Shown piece by piece: positions 1 to 14,332 of a DNA stretch of 64,000 bases. Numbering within the stretch: position 1 is the first letter of the stretch; each line of letters starts with the position of its first letter. The DNA comes from the human T2T-CHM13v2.0 reference genome, Homo sapiens. The translations under genes and the position numbers were made by a program. The stretch lies in the NCBI RefSeq assembly GCF_009914755.1, contig NC_060926.1; one strand, 5' to 3'. Under the pieces are notes generated by a model. That model saw only the letters and a program-made list of their open reading frames with translations, had not been told where the DNA came from and did no database searches.

Positions 1-206
<206 letters not shown>

Positions 207-269
207 CTACTCAGATGTGTAATTTTTTTTGTCAAATTTGGGGAGTTTCTTAGATATTATTTCTTCATG

Positions 270-597
270 TATTCTCCCGATAGCTTTGAACAAGCAAACT
301 TCCTGGCAGCCTCTACTAGCTGAGAATGGCTGCCCGTTGACAATGAGGAAGGAAGGAGGCAACTGAGTTCTACACCTGCAAGAGACTGAAATCTGCCAAG
401 GACCAATGAGCTGGAAGAAGACCTCAGCCTCAGATGAGACTGCAGATCCAGATGACATCTTGTTTCAGCCTTTGAGACACCAAGCAGAGGACCCAGAGAA
501 CACATGTCAGATTCCTGACTTATTACTGTGAGATAATAAATCTGTATTGTTTCAAGCTAAGTATGTGGTAATTTGTTATACAATAGAAAACAAATAA
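270..597 (+). mobile_element. MaLR MLT1-type solo LTR
   Basis: cctcagatgagactgcag...actgtgagataataaat...gtggtaatttgttata typical MLT1 3' half. Confidence 0.7.
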
Positions 598-2424
598 CGA
601 AGTCAAAAGAAGGGAATTTTCAAAACTAGTCTTAAAAATGATGGCTTCAAAATATCATTTGAAATGAAATAATTTCCATATGGGTATTTATCATTCATTA
701 ATTCATTCAAAACATATCAATGCCCACTATGTTACTCCAGGTATATGCCAGGCACTGAGCATGCAGGGTGAGCAAAACAGTCTCCTTACTGCTCATCTTC
801 CCAAACCCTCTGCTTCAGACATATCAGTCTATTTCACTGTTCCCAGACAAATCTCATTTCTTAAACATGACTACTGTCCTTTCCCTAAACTCATCACTTA
901 TGCAAACTGCATCCATATTCCACATCTGAGGATGAATCTTATCTTCTCTAGGAAGCTTTCTATGATCAATACAGAGTGCATTGAGCTGACAATACACAGA
1001 AAACCAGGCAGGTATTCCATCAGTTTGAAGGAAGTTGCCCAGGGTAACAGGGCCCTAACCACTAAAGTGGGTTTAGAGGAAGCACAAACACTCTAGGTCC
1101 AAGGAAGGGAGGTAGGGAAGATGCCAGGGAACAGAGAGGCCAAGCCTAGTCCTGAAGATACTGAGGAGCAACACTCCGTAGCAAGAGAATTTGCAAGAAC
1201 CAGATCAAGACTATATCAGTAGTCTGCATGTCTTGAGATTCATTCCAAGGCCATGGCCCAAAATACTAGGCCTTGTCTGTGTATTAAAAATCAGCCAAGA
1301 GTGAAAGGAACCCCAATCGAAAAAACAACAGAGTGTCTACGCTCTGCCCTATATCAATTAAATCACATTACTTGGGAATAGAGCTCAGAAATCTATGTTG
1401 ATTTTAATTGCAGCCAGGACTGTGAACTATTAATCTAAATCTTCTGAAATTCCTCTGAAGATCAGGATTATGGTCCTAGAACCTGGGTATAAGTTAGGTG
1501 TGAAGGTGAGGAGTTAAGTACACCTCACAATGGGAAAGGAGAATTAGTGGGGCAGGCATGGAAAGTAGCACGCCAGTGGAGATAAAGCTTTGCAAAGTAA
1601 CACTATATAATCCAAAATAACTGAAAACAAGTGTTGAAGCTCATTCAAACAGCAAATGAACAAAGTGATTTCTGGCAATATATCCAACGTTCTATTTATA
1701 TTTGGCTTGAGCTAGTATTAAAATAAGTTGAGGTTTTTGGAGCATCAGGCTAATCATTCGAAATTATCTGTAATGTTCTGATTAGAATAATAAGGACAGT
1801 AAGTCCTAGTTCAAATATTCTAATGTGCATGTCCACAGGGAGTGGGTATTATGATCAAAGCTAGTTTGTCCCAAACAGGTCCTAATCGAGGTAATATGCA
1901 AATATAGAATAAGTTTCAGCCCGTACCAGGCAATACTTAAGTAACATTCCATTACAAAAGCACATACTCACATATCACACATATACTTATGTGCTACGTA
2001 TTGAAAGACGTTTGCTCTTTTTTAAGCATCTATTACGTCTTATCAAACTTTTCAACCACATTTTACGATCAGGGACCCTGTAGCCAGCTAGCCCTAGATC
2101 TGCAATTTTATCTTCAAAGTACGTATTACAAACTGATATAAGGAAAACAAACATCTGTGTAAAAGACACTAATTTACTAGTGATTTCATATTAGAAAATA
2201 TATAAAGTAGATGCCTGGGGAAACCATAAGCCCATCATGCAAGATTTCAGATTTTCATTTTTATATTCAAAACTGGGCAGAGCTGGAGAGAGAAAAGGGC
2301 AACAGCAGAGCCTTAGTGATATAGGTTTGTGGGTGGGTGGCACGGTTTTCAAGTTTCTAAATACATTTCTCTAACACAAGCCCAGGAACAATCTGTAATT
2401 ACACGTCGGTTCTCTTGGACATAC

Positions 2425-2568
2425 CTTTCTCACGTCTGAACTCTTTGGTTCTGTTGTCCAGGTTATGATTCTAGAAACAGCAAGCCTTGTCTCACTAGAG
2501 TTTACAAAATCTGTTGGATCCATCTGTCTGGCCAGAGACTCAATGTATTTCAGGATTGCAACTTTGAC
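2425..2568 (-). CDS. CLASP1: CLASP1 coding exon, VKVAILKYIESLARQMDP...TEPKSSDVRK
   Basis: 144 nt, cag|...|gtatgt, phase 0-0; ORF 2371..2775. Confidence 0.97.
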
Positions 2569-3606
2569 CTGAAAGAACCAATAATTATAAACATTAAGTA
2601 CACTTGATGAATCTTTGAACACAATTCTTATCAGGTGGCCAGAGAAAAGTAAACCCTGGTGAGGGGGATCTCCTTCCTTTCTCCTGTATCGATAGTTTCC
2701 ACGTGGAGCGACATCCAACAGAGGAAAAAGCATGAAATGGCTGATGGGTAAGTTTGGGGACAGGAAGAGGCACATGGCTCAGTTTTCTTCATTTTTAGCT
2801 GCCTGTAGAGAAGCTTGCTCTGCTCCTCATCTATGCTGCAAGACACTTCCAGGGCAGGAGCCCTTGAGAGGGGCCCGTGGGATTTCCAGCTCTGCCACTG
2901 ACTGCAGGGCATGTTCAGCTCTAGTTTTGTCACACGTTCTAGGCCATGTTCTGTAAGGCAGCATTTTCAGTAATCAAGCTGATGCTCTGTCCTAACTTCA
3001 CCATCAACTTCTCAACTAGCTTTGACTTCAGGAGGAAAAGGTAATTATTTGTTAGACTCATCCTAAAACCTCCAAAAAGTTAATGATCAAAGAACAGATG
3101 ATGAACGTGACCTAATTCAAATTAACATACATCCTCCCTCAAACTTGGTCTTGTTATTACAGGTATGATTTTCCACAACATGTAACGATTAACTTTCACA
3201 GCTTAGAATGTTAATATTAAACATTCCAATAAGATACCTATCTCTACACACAAGAATGTCTTAATTTTCTAGTTTAAATATTAATTGTGAAAAAGACTAG
3301 TACTGTCCAAATGCTGGTGAGGATGCAGCAAAACTAGAGCTCTCATAAACTACTGGTAGGAATACAATATGGTATAACCATTTTAGTGGTTTCTAAAAAA
3401 GCTAAACATGTACTTACCCAATGAACCAGCAAATACACTACTAGGTACTGAACCAAGAGAAACAGGAACATGTCCACAAAGAATCAAACAAGAATGCTCA
3501 CAGCAGATTTATTCACAATAGCTAAACATGGGTCATACATAAACAAAAGTAAATTTAAACAAATGTGAGTTCCAGGGTTGAATTGTAATGACAAATAATT
3601 ACTGAC

Positions 3607-3685
3607 CTTGAGGTTTGGAGTTTGAGTTTGATCCACAATAAATCTCATCAAAATGTTAAATTGTTGATCAAATGGAAAGGAGTCC
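3607..3685 (-). CDS. CLASP1: CLASP1 coding exon, DSFPFDQQFNILMRFIVDQTQTPNLK
   Basis: 79 nt, tag|...|gtcagt, phase 2-0. Confidence 0.95.
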
Positions 3686-6600
3686 CTAGGTTGGTGGGAA
3701 AAAAGTGCTTATTTTTAAAGAAATTTATTACAAAACAATGTAAAACTATTTAACAAAAGCATACCATTGTAAGTTAATGTATGTAAAACCCTGTTCACAT
3801 TTTTAATAAATAGTGCTTTTCGTTTTATGTAGAGTAATACATGTTATACAGAAAATATGGAAAAAGGAAGATCTTTTTGCAAGTCCCCAAACACAAATTG
3901 AACTTACTTTGAGTGGCTATTTAAAAAATTAAGACTAAGCAATAAACTAAGGAGAAATTTCTACCTGCCTTTCTAGGGATTCGCTCATTTTCCCTCCAGC
4001 TACCTTTCTGGATATTGCTTAAACATAAAAATCACTTCTGATACCCAAATCTCATTTTTACATCCTGACCGGGCTGCTTACAGCTGACCCTGCTTAAACT
4101 AACCGTATCATCCTCCTTGGTCCTGGTCACTGCTTAGGGTCCCTGCACACCACAGAAGAATGCCTGTGAGATGGCGACAAAACATTTCCCATCCAGCTAC
4201 AAATCACACACAGAAGCCTGGGGTCCCAGAAGCCCCTTCTCTCTCTTGGCCAGAGAGTCAGTGCTCTTTCTGTTAAAATGCTGTAATTACTAGTATTAGT
4301 TTAAAATTGCACAATGGGGCCCACGTGGAAAATGGTGATGTAACTTCCATATTAACAGGAAAGATAAATGCAAGGCAAATATCTACACTGCTTTCTTTGG
4401 ACTCTCTTAGAGATTTTTCCCAATCTACGTAAATGTAGTAAAATAAAGAAGTAGGTTTGACTCTGTAAAATGAAGCAAATAGAACTGGTTTGAAAAGTCA
4501 ATAAAATCATACAATAAAAATAAAAAGCACATGGCACATATCAGGTACCAGTGTTATCCTACATATAATTACTAATAAAAAGTAAACTTGATCCAATAAT
4601 ACCCTGGAATCTTTGAAGATCTCTTCGGGAAGGAAAGCATACTTTAATATACCTAATTTAAGTGACTATGTCAACAAACCACCCACAAAATGTCTCTCCC
4701 TTCTTCTGGCAGCATGGGGTGGATGGAGAATACATTTCAGTAATGGGTGTGTATAATCGGGAAATACGCCATTGTTAGGCACAGGTAAAGGAAAGGAAAT
4801 TGAGGCAGATTAGCACTCAAGTCTATAAACTGAGAAGCAATTCTCAGCCATCACTAAAACCTCCTATTAGCAGTCGCTGACTATTCTAGATCAGCTTAAA
4901 CAGCTGTGCATCTCAACTGCTGAGAAAAAGAAGGGAATATTAAAAACGCTTTAGGCACTCAGACCAAATCTACTGAGATTAGGACTCTTAAAGGGGCATC
5001 CAGGAAAACTAACAGGAGGTCACAATTGTATTCCTTAATCACCAAAGTTTAGGAACACAATCTTAATACTCCTACCATTCCTAAATATATGAAATAGATC
5101 TGGTCATTGGTAAATTCACCTAAATTAAGCGACCTACAGGCCAAGTCTGGCTCACATGTGTTTTATTTGGCCTTCACAGTATCTTAAAAAATTCTCAAAT
5201 ATGTTGCCCAAATCCACATTTCTGACCTTTCTTGAAAAGTCTGGTACTACTGAGCCCATGTCCCAATGTGGCCACAACCGGCCCCAGTCTATCAACAGCC
5301 ATCCTATCTACTCCACTCAATTATACCAGCTTATCAGCCTAGCCCCTCAGTCAATCTTGGCTAAACCTTTATAATCCACTGGTATAATGGTGTACTGTAA
5401 TGCTCCCTAACTCCACTAAGTTTAGCCATGCAAAGGAATGACGAAGTTTGAAAGCTTTATTGCAAATTTAGTACATTACTTTGATTCTTATTTATTTATT
5501 TATTTAATATTCTTTTTTTATGGCCTCACCGACAGATGCAAGTACATTACTTTGAGTTCATTAAAAACCAGAAGGGTAATCGCTCTGGATAACAGAATTC
5601 TAGAGCAATGCAATTACACAGACTGACAGGGTCAAGGGCCAAAAGAAAACAGCTGGCATCATGGTGTAGAGGAACAGACGCATACTTTGAAGTCAGAGTC
5701 ATGTAAAAGCTGCACGCATAGGGAGATGCCGGCAGGGCAGGATGTGCTACTGTGCTAGTCAAGGGAGCCAGAGAGGGAAGAGAAGGTTCCAGTGCTATCC
5801 ATACCACCCCCCTGCCCCCACAGGAGGTGAGGACACACACCCACAAGATAGCCTGCAACAATAAAAACAGACAACAGTGCAATCTTCAGAAATCCTGGAT
5901 TTGCGTTCCCAAACAGCCACTAACACAAAGTCAAGGCAAACTGTCTGTTTCTCACTGATAAAATGAGCATCATCTTTAAGGTCCTTCCATCTTGAAATTC
6001 TATGATAACTAGAATTATTCCAGTTTGTAGTAACTTATAAAAGTCATTGCCCTGATAATTTTCTGAGTGACTTGGAAGTTATTCCTTTGTTCTTTAAAAA
6101 AGTTCACCAATTTGACATTCCCCCCATCCATCTTCCACCAAATCACAACCAAGACATTATTGCAAAGTGTCTTCTGAGATGTTTCAACTTTCATACTTGC
6201 ATATTGAGGACCCACAACTGCATAGACAATAGAGAAGCGGTTTCTGAACAGCAGCAGCATGTACTTTTTCTAACTTTTCTGGGCTTCAGCAGCTTTTCTT
6301 TTCTCATAACAGCCAGAAGGGTCACAACTACTGCAAATGTGCTATTAATCTCTAGCCAGTGTACTATTAATTTAGAGAATTTTCCTGGACCAATGGAAAC
6401 TCTACATCATACACCGATAGAAAAATTTCTAGTAAGACTTGTAAGTTGAAGTAATAAAAATACTAAGGTCTTCAGAGAAATGTAAACAAATATTCTAAAT
6501 GTTCCCTTTAAATGTTTTTTAATGAGAAGAGAATCAATTTCCAAAGTTTTACATTTGTTTATTATATATGTCTTAAATACTCACAAAAGTAATATCAACA

Positions 6601-6793
6601 CAAGGAAGATATGGTATTTCATTTCATGGACTGGTGGGACATGTCAACAAGTATGTCAACAACAGAAAGTGAGAACTGAGTAAAAGAGATATTCAAGGGG
6701 GTGACAAAGGCCATGGGTAACAAAAGAGAATGGCAAAAAGTCACTTACAAGTATCCTGTAACATCAAAATGGACCTAACCCTTAAACACTTAC

Positions 6794-6957
6794 CTTGTGA
6801 CATCTAGAGCCTTTTGAACTTTTGCTTGCACAGATCCAAGTAAATCTGCTCCCATTTTCTTAAGTAATTGTGTGAGAAGAACAAAAAGCCAGTCTTGTAA
6901 ATCATCCTTATGAATTATTATAAAATCCACAAGAGTCTCCAAAAACATACTGAAAAC
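6794..6957 (-). CDS. CLASP1: CLASP1 coding exon, VFSMFLETLVDF...VQKALDVT
   Basis: 164 nt, tag|...|gtaagt, phase 0-2. Confidence 0.96.
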
Positions 6958-7152
6958 CTAGACACAAATGAAAACCAAGTAGTTCACATATTGAATTCAC
7001 GATCTCCTCCAAAGTCTACAAAACATTAAAAATGCCCATACGTGCTTTGCCCAGACTCTTGTAACTTAGGTTAACACTGTTAACAACTGTTCATAGTACA
7101 GAAGGAAAATGTAGTGCAGAAAACAGATAAAGGAAAAAGAAATGGAACTTAC

Positions 7153-7155
7153 TCT
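7153..7155 (-). CDS. CLASP1: CLASP1 3-nt microexon (AGA, Arg)
   Basis: ttcacaacag|AGA|gtaagt; supplies the R in PHSK-R-VFSMF, which neither flanking exon encodes. Confidence 0.85.
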
Positions 7156-8137
7156 CTGTTGTGAATTCCACCGCAAACGAGGCCATGCAACAAAACAAAT
7201 TCCATGTTAGTTGGCAGTGAATTAATACCATTTTCATGCGTTTTTTTAAGAAAACCTGAAAAGGCTACAAACCAATGAAATATTCTCTCCTCCATCAATG
7301 TAAGTCTTTAAAAAGCAGTACAGAGAGAAATTAACTTTTCTGTGTTTAATCCTGAAGGCTTTTCTTTCTTAAACAACAACAAATCCTCTTGCCCTAATTC
7401 TATAGTATTCTTATTCACTATCTAGCAGTCAACAAATACTATTATAAAATGAGCCAATAAAAACACCTACTCACTATTGTGTAGCTATTGCTTTTCACGT
7501 CAGACATTTTGATGTATACCAATTTCAGATATCATAAAGTAATAGATTACGGCTTAGAATAAAATATATAAAAATATTAACATAATCATCATGCTGTTGT
7601 GTAATGATTTTTGCTAAGGCAAAATAGAGTGCACAGTGGAATATCTCTGAACCAATTTCAGAGAGAAAAGTAGCACTGAGTATCCCTACCTTGTTAATGA
7701 AACTTGTTCTACTTGGACAAACCACAAACCCTATACCGCCTCATTTCTAGCACAGCAACTATTCACCACCAGGGGTCTCCTGTGAGACAGCTCAGGAAAA
7801 AGTCATTCAGCTGTGGGATTCCTGGCTTCACTTACAGGCAGCTAACAAATACTAACTAAACTGAGACCTCCAAACTCACTGTACAAGAGACTTCTGATGG
7901 AAACAAATTTCCTTCTTTATCCTCACATTCTGCTTCTGAATCAGCAATCTAGGGGTGACAGGTAACAGAAATTTATCAGTGTTCTAAACCATCTAATAGT
8001 GTTCACGTTATAAATCTTAAGAATCTAATTATGCTTATGAGTTAAATCTTACTGCTTTTACCACTACCTTAGAGAAAAATCTTGATAAATTTTATCTTTG
8101 GATATCTATGTGGCCTTTAAGCTCAGTCTTTCCTGAA

Positions 8138-8414
8138 TTTTTATTGAGACAGAGTCTCACTCTGTTGTTCAGGCAGGAGTGCAGTGGTGCGATCTCAGCT
8201 CACTGTAACCTCCACCTCCCAGGTTCAAGTGATTGCCTCCCAAGTAACTGCGATTACAGGTGCCCGCCACCATGCCCAGCTAATTTTTATATTTTTAGTA
8301 GAGACAGGGTTTTGCCATGTTGGCCAGGCTGGTCTCGAACTCTTGACCTCAGGTGATCTGCCCACCTCAGCCTCCCAAAGTGCTGGGATTACAGGTGTAA
8401 GCCACTGTGCCCAG
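8138..8414 (-). mobile_element. AluS
   Basis: Reverse Alu consensus; TSD-like gaatttttatt/ggatttttatt. Confidence 0.92.
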
Positions 8415-9655
8415 TGGATTTTTATTAATATTGTTAATGTTGACTTTGCTGTGAGGGTCACAGCAGAAAGTTTAAAGACATGCTTCAAGAATGACACTGA
8501 GTGAGGAGAGCTGTTGTGGGGGGAGGGGAGGAGAACCCTTGCATTCATCCCCTTTACTCTCATGAGCACCTCAAAAGGCTGGGACCATATCTTCTTTTCT
8601 ATATCCCTGCCCCAGAGCAGGTACTCAGTAAATGTTAAATGACTGGGTGAATGAATGGGTGGATGGATGTTTGATATTTCAAGGACAATTCCTACGAGGA
8701 AGCAAGGATAGGAAAAGAAAGAAGATGATGATGACTAACTGGCTGGGCTCTCTGGCCATCACAGGTTTCTTTCTTCCAGCAAGACTTGGAGGAGCCCATC
8801 TTTACTAGGAAAACTGTAGTTGATCCTGCATGTCAGCATTAAAGATTTGCTTCTGCTCATTTAAGGTTCTATCCATTTCCACACCTTACCTTCTTCCTCT
8901 AAAAGCATCTAATAGTCTCTAAGGGCCTTCTCCCTAACAATAGTATTTAAAATCTAGACTCCAAGTAAACTTCTGTAAAGATACCCTGTCTCACGTCTTT
9001 TCCACCACCCCTGGAAAGTGTTCTGTCCCATACTCATGGGCATTTCCCCCTCAGCTGGGACTCTCTCATCAAAAAAAGCATTCCTTGGGCTTAGTGTTCC
9101 CTATGGCCCTCAGGAGGTGTGGGCACCAGCTAAGTGATCCCCGTTCAGCAAATTCTTGGTAACAGCAAAATCCTATTTTATGAAATAACCTGGTTTATCA
9201 ATAAATCCATTACATATTCTCATTTTTTCTATCTTGTCCTATACGGACATATTCTACACGGGATACAAAAATAATTATATACTTATTTTCTTCACTACTA
9301 TAACATTAAAAAATGCATGATATTATAATATAATCTTATACCCTAGCACCTACCTCACTGTTTGGCTAAGAGGAGACATACAAAAATATTTGCTGAATAT
9401 AAGAAAGACCATCTGATTCTCTCCCTGATAACATTTACTTGAAACACACTTATTTAACTTGAAATTTTATGCACATTTAAGTTTCCAAGAATTCTGTTTT
9501 TAAAAGATGTAACATACACTAGTGCTGAAACCGGTGTGACTCTGTAAGGTCGGAACTGCACTATCGGGAATTCTCTCTCATTCTTGGGTAGTATATCACA
9601 CAGAGCACACAGACATGCAGGGGTAAAGACAGGGCAGGCATGACTTCAGACTTAC

Positions 9656-9935
<280 letters not shown>

Positions 9936-10311
9936 TAAGCTTTACATAATTCGTATCTACATAACAATGTTTTTTCACAAACTCTTATTTAATTTATAGC
10001 TAAATCAAATAGGAATATAAAACCAGAGATTTGCTCTCATTTTAAGATGAGGAAACTAAGACTGAGTGATTTACTCAAGCTAACACATCTGGAAGTGACA
10101 AAGCCATGCACCAAATCTTTTTCATTTTATCCCAGCTGTGTTTTCCACATGCTACAACTGAAAGGCAATGGAATAAAGTTTAAAAAGCATGTCTATCCTG
10201 CATTTTAATGAGAGGTACAAAACAAAAAAGGGAAAAAACAAAACAGCATGTGTTTCAGGGTCAGACAGATCTGGATTTTAATCTCAGTTCTGCTGTAAAT
10301 AAGGTACTCTG

Positions 10312-10618
<307 letters not shown>

Positions 10619-11306
10619 AGTACTCTGCTATCTTTAAGCCTGTGATTTCCTTATTGGTCAAACAGGATAAGGACCATGTCACGTGGCTGCTGAGAGGATT
10701 AAAAGATAAAACATTGTACCTTCTACCGTACCTAGGACAAAGCAAACACTCATTTCACATTGGTGCCCTTTGCCTTTTCTGATCCTTGACTACTACCAAG
10801 TCCCATGTTTAAAGTTTGATAGAAGTGTCCTCTCTTCCACAAATCATCCCTGATTAATGCCCTCTTACGTGGATGAGACAGTTTGTTCAAGAACCCTTCA
10901 ATATTGTTAACGACGTAACCTAGATTAGACCAATGCCAATCAACAGATTCCTAGAAATTATTCAATGGGTACTTGGTGAACACTAAGAATCTACAAAGTG
11001 GGACCACCAGGATTAAACAGATTCTTGAGGAACAATCGTGACAAATCATCTTCTATTTTTGACAGGTCACCAAAGTGTCACAGGATGCCTGCGTTTCAGA
11101 AGGCAAAACTTCCTGTATCGTCTTTGTGAACAGACAAATAATAGGGGCAGGTATGAGTACGGGAGGGTGGAGTCAGGCTGCCTGAAGAGCCACAGTGAGA
11201 GCTGAGCAACTCATCAGGCAGTGCTCAGCCTTACAGAACCCAAGAGGGATGCCCATCTATGACCGTTAACTTATCTTATAAAAATCATCCAAAGGATAAA
11301 GTAGAC

Positions 11307-11500
11307 TGCATTTCATGTACTCTAAGTTGCCCATTTCTTAATTCCCATTCACGTCTCCTTTCTCCCGTTTTCACATCTCTGTAATTGAGTCATCTTATAA
11401 TCAATGACATTTTTGCACTGTTATGGTTTAATACGTGGCATTAATTAAAGGGCTAAAAATAAGGGTGTGTCTATGGTGCCTTAGATTTGACAAAATATGG
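11307..11500. mobile_element. MER104-like TcMar-Tc2 MITE
   Basis: Degenerate TIRs ctgcatttcatgtactctaag / cttagatttgacaaaatatgg followed by TA. Confidence 0.55.
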
Positions 11501-11864
11501 TATAACCACATACTTTTTTGGTATGTGTAATACACGCTTATTTTAGAAAATTTATAAAACAGAAACAAAGAAAAAAGCAAAAACGATCCATCTAAAAGAC
11601 AATGCTGTTACTATTTTGGAGTGCTCCATTTTGTTATCTCCTCACTATGTACATTTATAAGCTACATATATGCACATGCATATCAAAATTTTCCAAACTA
11701 AGACTGATAACATTTAATCCAAGACCCTAAAGTATAATGAACCATACTAACCTGCAGAGTTGTTTTATTTTATGTTTTAACCTGAACTGCATACTGTACA
11801 GGAAGATTTCTCAAATAACATCTACTGGACAAATATCAAACAGAAGGGAACCAAATATGGGGTC

Positions 11865-12175
11865 TTTATTTTTTTATTTTTTTTATTTTTTTTGAGACAG
11901 GATTTCGCTCTGCCACTCAAGCTAGAGGGCAGTGGTGTAATCATAATGCACTGCAATCTCCAACTCTGGGCTCATGTGATCCTCCTGCCTCAGCCTCCGA
12001 AGTATCTGGGATTACAGATGCATATCACCACATCCGGCTAATGTTTTAACTTTTTTGTAGAGATGGGGTCTCCCTTTGTTGCCCAGGCTGGTCTCGAACT
12101 CCTGGAGTCAAGTGCTCCTCCTGCCCTGGCCTCTCAAAGTGCTGGGATTACAGGTATGAGCCACTGTGTCCACCC
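11865..12175 (-). mobile_element. AluJ
   Basis: Reverse Alu consensus with polyT. Confidence 0.9.
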
Positions 12176-12220
12176 TACATCTTTTATCAGCTTAATAAAT
12201 TATAGAATACTTGCCAGATG

Positions 12221-12528
<308 letters not shown>

Positions 12529-12755
12529 GATATTTGCCAGATATTTCAAAGCAAATGGATGGCAAAGCAAATGGATGGCAAGGACTGTGTCTTAGTCATC
12601 TTGGTACCTTTAGTGCCTGTTCCTGCAAGCAGACCTCTTGGTATCTCCATTAATTATAGGAATTAGACTCCATTAATTATAGGAAATCCCTTTAAACCCC
12701 TGAAGAGTCCAACAGGAGATTCAAACTTAGCTCATATTCTTGCTGTGGTCCTCAC

Positions 12756-13000
12756 CTCAGTGTTCTTTGGCTCTTCAGTAAGTTCTGCAGGCCCAGAAGC
12801 CCTTCTTTCCTTTCTGACCAGTTTGAACTAGCACAGTGGTTGAGAACTTCTGCTACATCCTCAGTCTGCCGCAGATAATGGGGAATGCCACCATTCCTGG
12901 AGCCATATGAGCGCTCAGAGCAAACACTTGAGGCATCACTGTTGGCATCATCGTCAGAATACATCCCATACGGCTCATATCTCCTCCTCACAGGCTTCTT
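12756..13000 (-). CDS. CLASP1: CLASP1 coding exon, KKPVRRRYEPYGMYSDDDANSDASS...KSQRTL (start of TOG3)
   Basis: 245 nt, cag|AAG...|gtgagg, phase 0-2; ORF 12752..12991. Confidence 0.97.
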
Positions 13001-13249
13001 CTGACAGGTCCAATGAGGGATGGGAGTGATTGAGGAAGAAATAGAAAGGTGAAATGACTGTGAGTCACACCAAACAAAATCTACAACAAAGAGTTAAGTG
13101 TAAAAAGACACATGCACACACACACTTTTCCTGTGCTTATAGATTAGGGAAATAAAAACAGAAAAGCAGTTTTCCATTAGGTAAATAAGCAAAGCACTCT
13201 GTAGTAGAAGGGAAAGAGTATGGCCTCTAGTAAAGTGCGTAGACTTTAC

Positions 13250-13440
13250 AGGAAGACAGACAGATCACAACCTTGGTGCCAACACTGACTGGGCTGCATG
13301 ACTTCTGAAAGCCTCCTAGGCCTTTTGCTTCAGTTTCCCCATCTTTAAGACAACAATAATTAAACCTATCATACAGGCTTGTTGTGAAGATTAAATGAAA
13401 TTATATGTTAAATATTTCAGCTGGGCACCTGGCACAATGC
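13250..13440 (+). mobile_element. MIR
   Basis: cttcagtttccccatcttt...ttgtgaagattaaatga core. Confidence 0.7.
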
Positions 13441-14308
13441 AAATATGTGCAGCCAACAGCCCCTCCCCAGTCAAAAGCAATATATCTTGAGCACAGTCTA
13501 TGGGTAAACTTGTGTGAATATTTATGTTTCCTAAAAAAGTCAGAATTTGAAATGTCAATGGCAGAAGCAGCCCACATAAAAGGATTTCTAAGTCATCTCC
13601 CTCTGTTGCCCAGGCTGGTTTTGAACTCCTGGCCACTTTTATTAAAGACTTAGGGTTTTGAAACACAAATAGGCTTCTTTGAAAGTAGACTATAATACCC
13701 ACTTTATTCACTTCTCTGACCCTGAATACAAAACTGTTATACCCACAAATATGATATAGCAGCAACTATACAAAATTGATAAAAACAAAACAAATAGCGA
13801 TTGGCTTAAACCATACAAATATACTTCTTTAATAATATGGCGTATTATTGTTAATCCAACTTGCTCAGGACTGTTCTGCCTTAAGCTTATTGTCATAATT
13901 ATTGATAGCATCCCCCTTTTAATCTCAAAAGCATTTTTGTTTGGATAATAAATTACATGGTCACACAAAATCCAGATTCCTAAAATAAGAAAAATGTTGA
14001 TAAATCCATTCATGAAATCATGACGACGTAAGAATAGGCACAAACTGAGTTAATAAAATGAAACACTACTAGGCGAAGGAGCAGAGCTTGACATTCAAAA
14101 TAAATACTAAAACAGATGTACATGAAAGGTGGCTGACTCCACCATGAATAAAGACAACAATGATGGTGAATCACTGTTATGATTCAACAAAATCATATTT
14201 CAGACCAGAATTTCTATACTACATTTTTTGGTTTTCACTAGCTTCTAAAAGAAATATACTTGCAACAGGAGAAATAAAGTTGTAAAACAAAAGTTAAAGG
14301 ACTGGTAC

Positions 14309-14332
14309 CTTGCTCCTGGAGTCTCCTAACAG
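14309..14332 (-). CDS. CLASP1: CLASP1 24-nt microexon, LLGDSRSK
   Basis: cctgcctacag|CTGTTAGGAGACTCCAGGAGCAAG|gtacca, phase 0-0. Confidence 0.85.

Noticed and set aside
680-1096. 138-aa plus-strand ORF
   Set aside because: Begins in L2-like relic sequence, has no recognisable domain, and is antisense intronic; likely chance
8108-8569. ORFs containing LPRLECSG / SAGITG-type peptides (here and at many other loci)
   Set aside because: Alu translations
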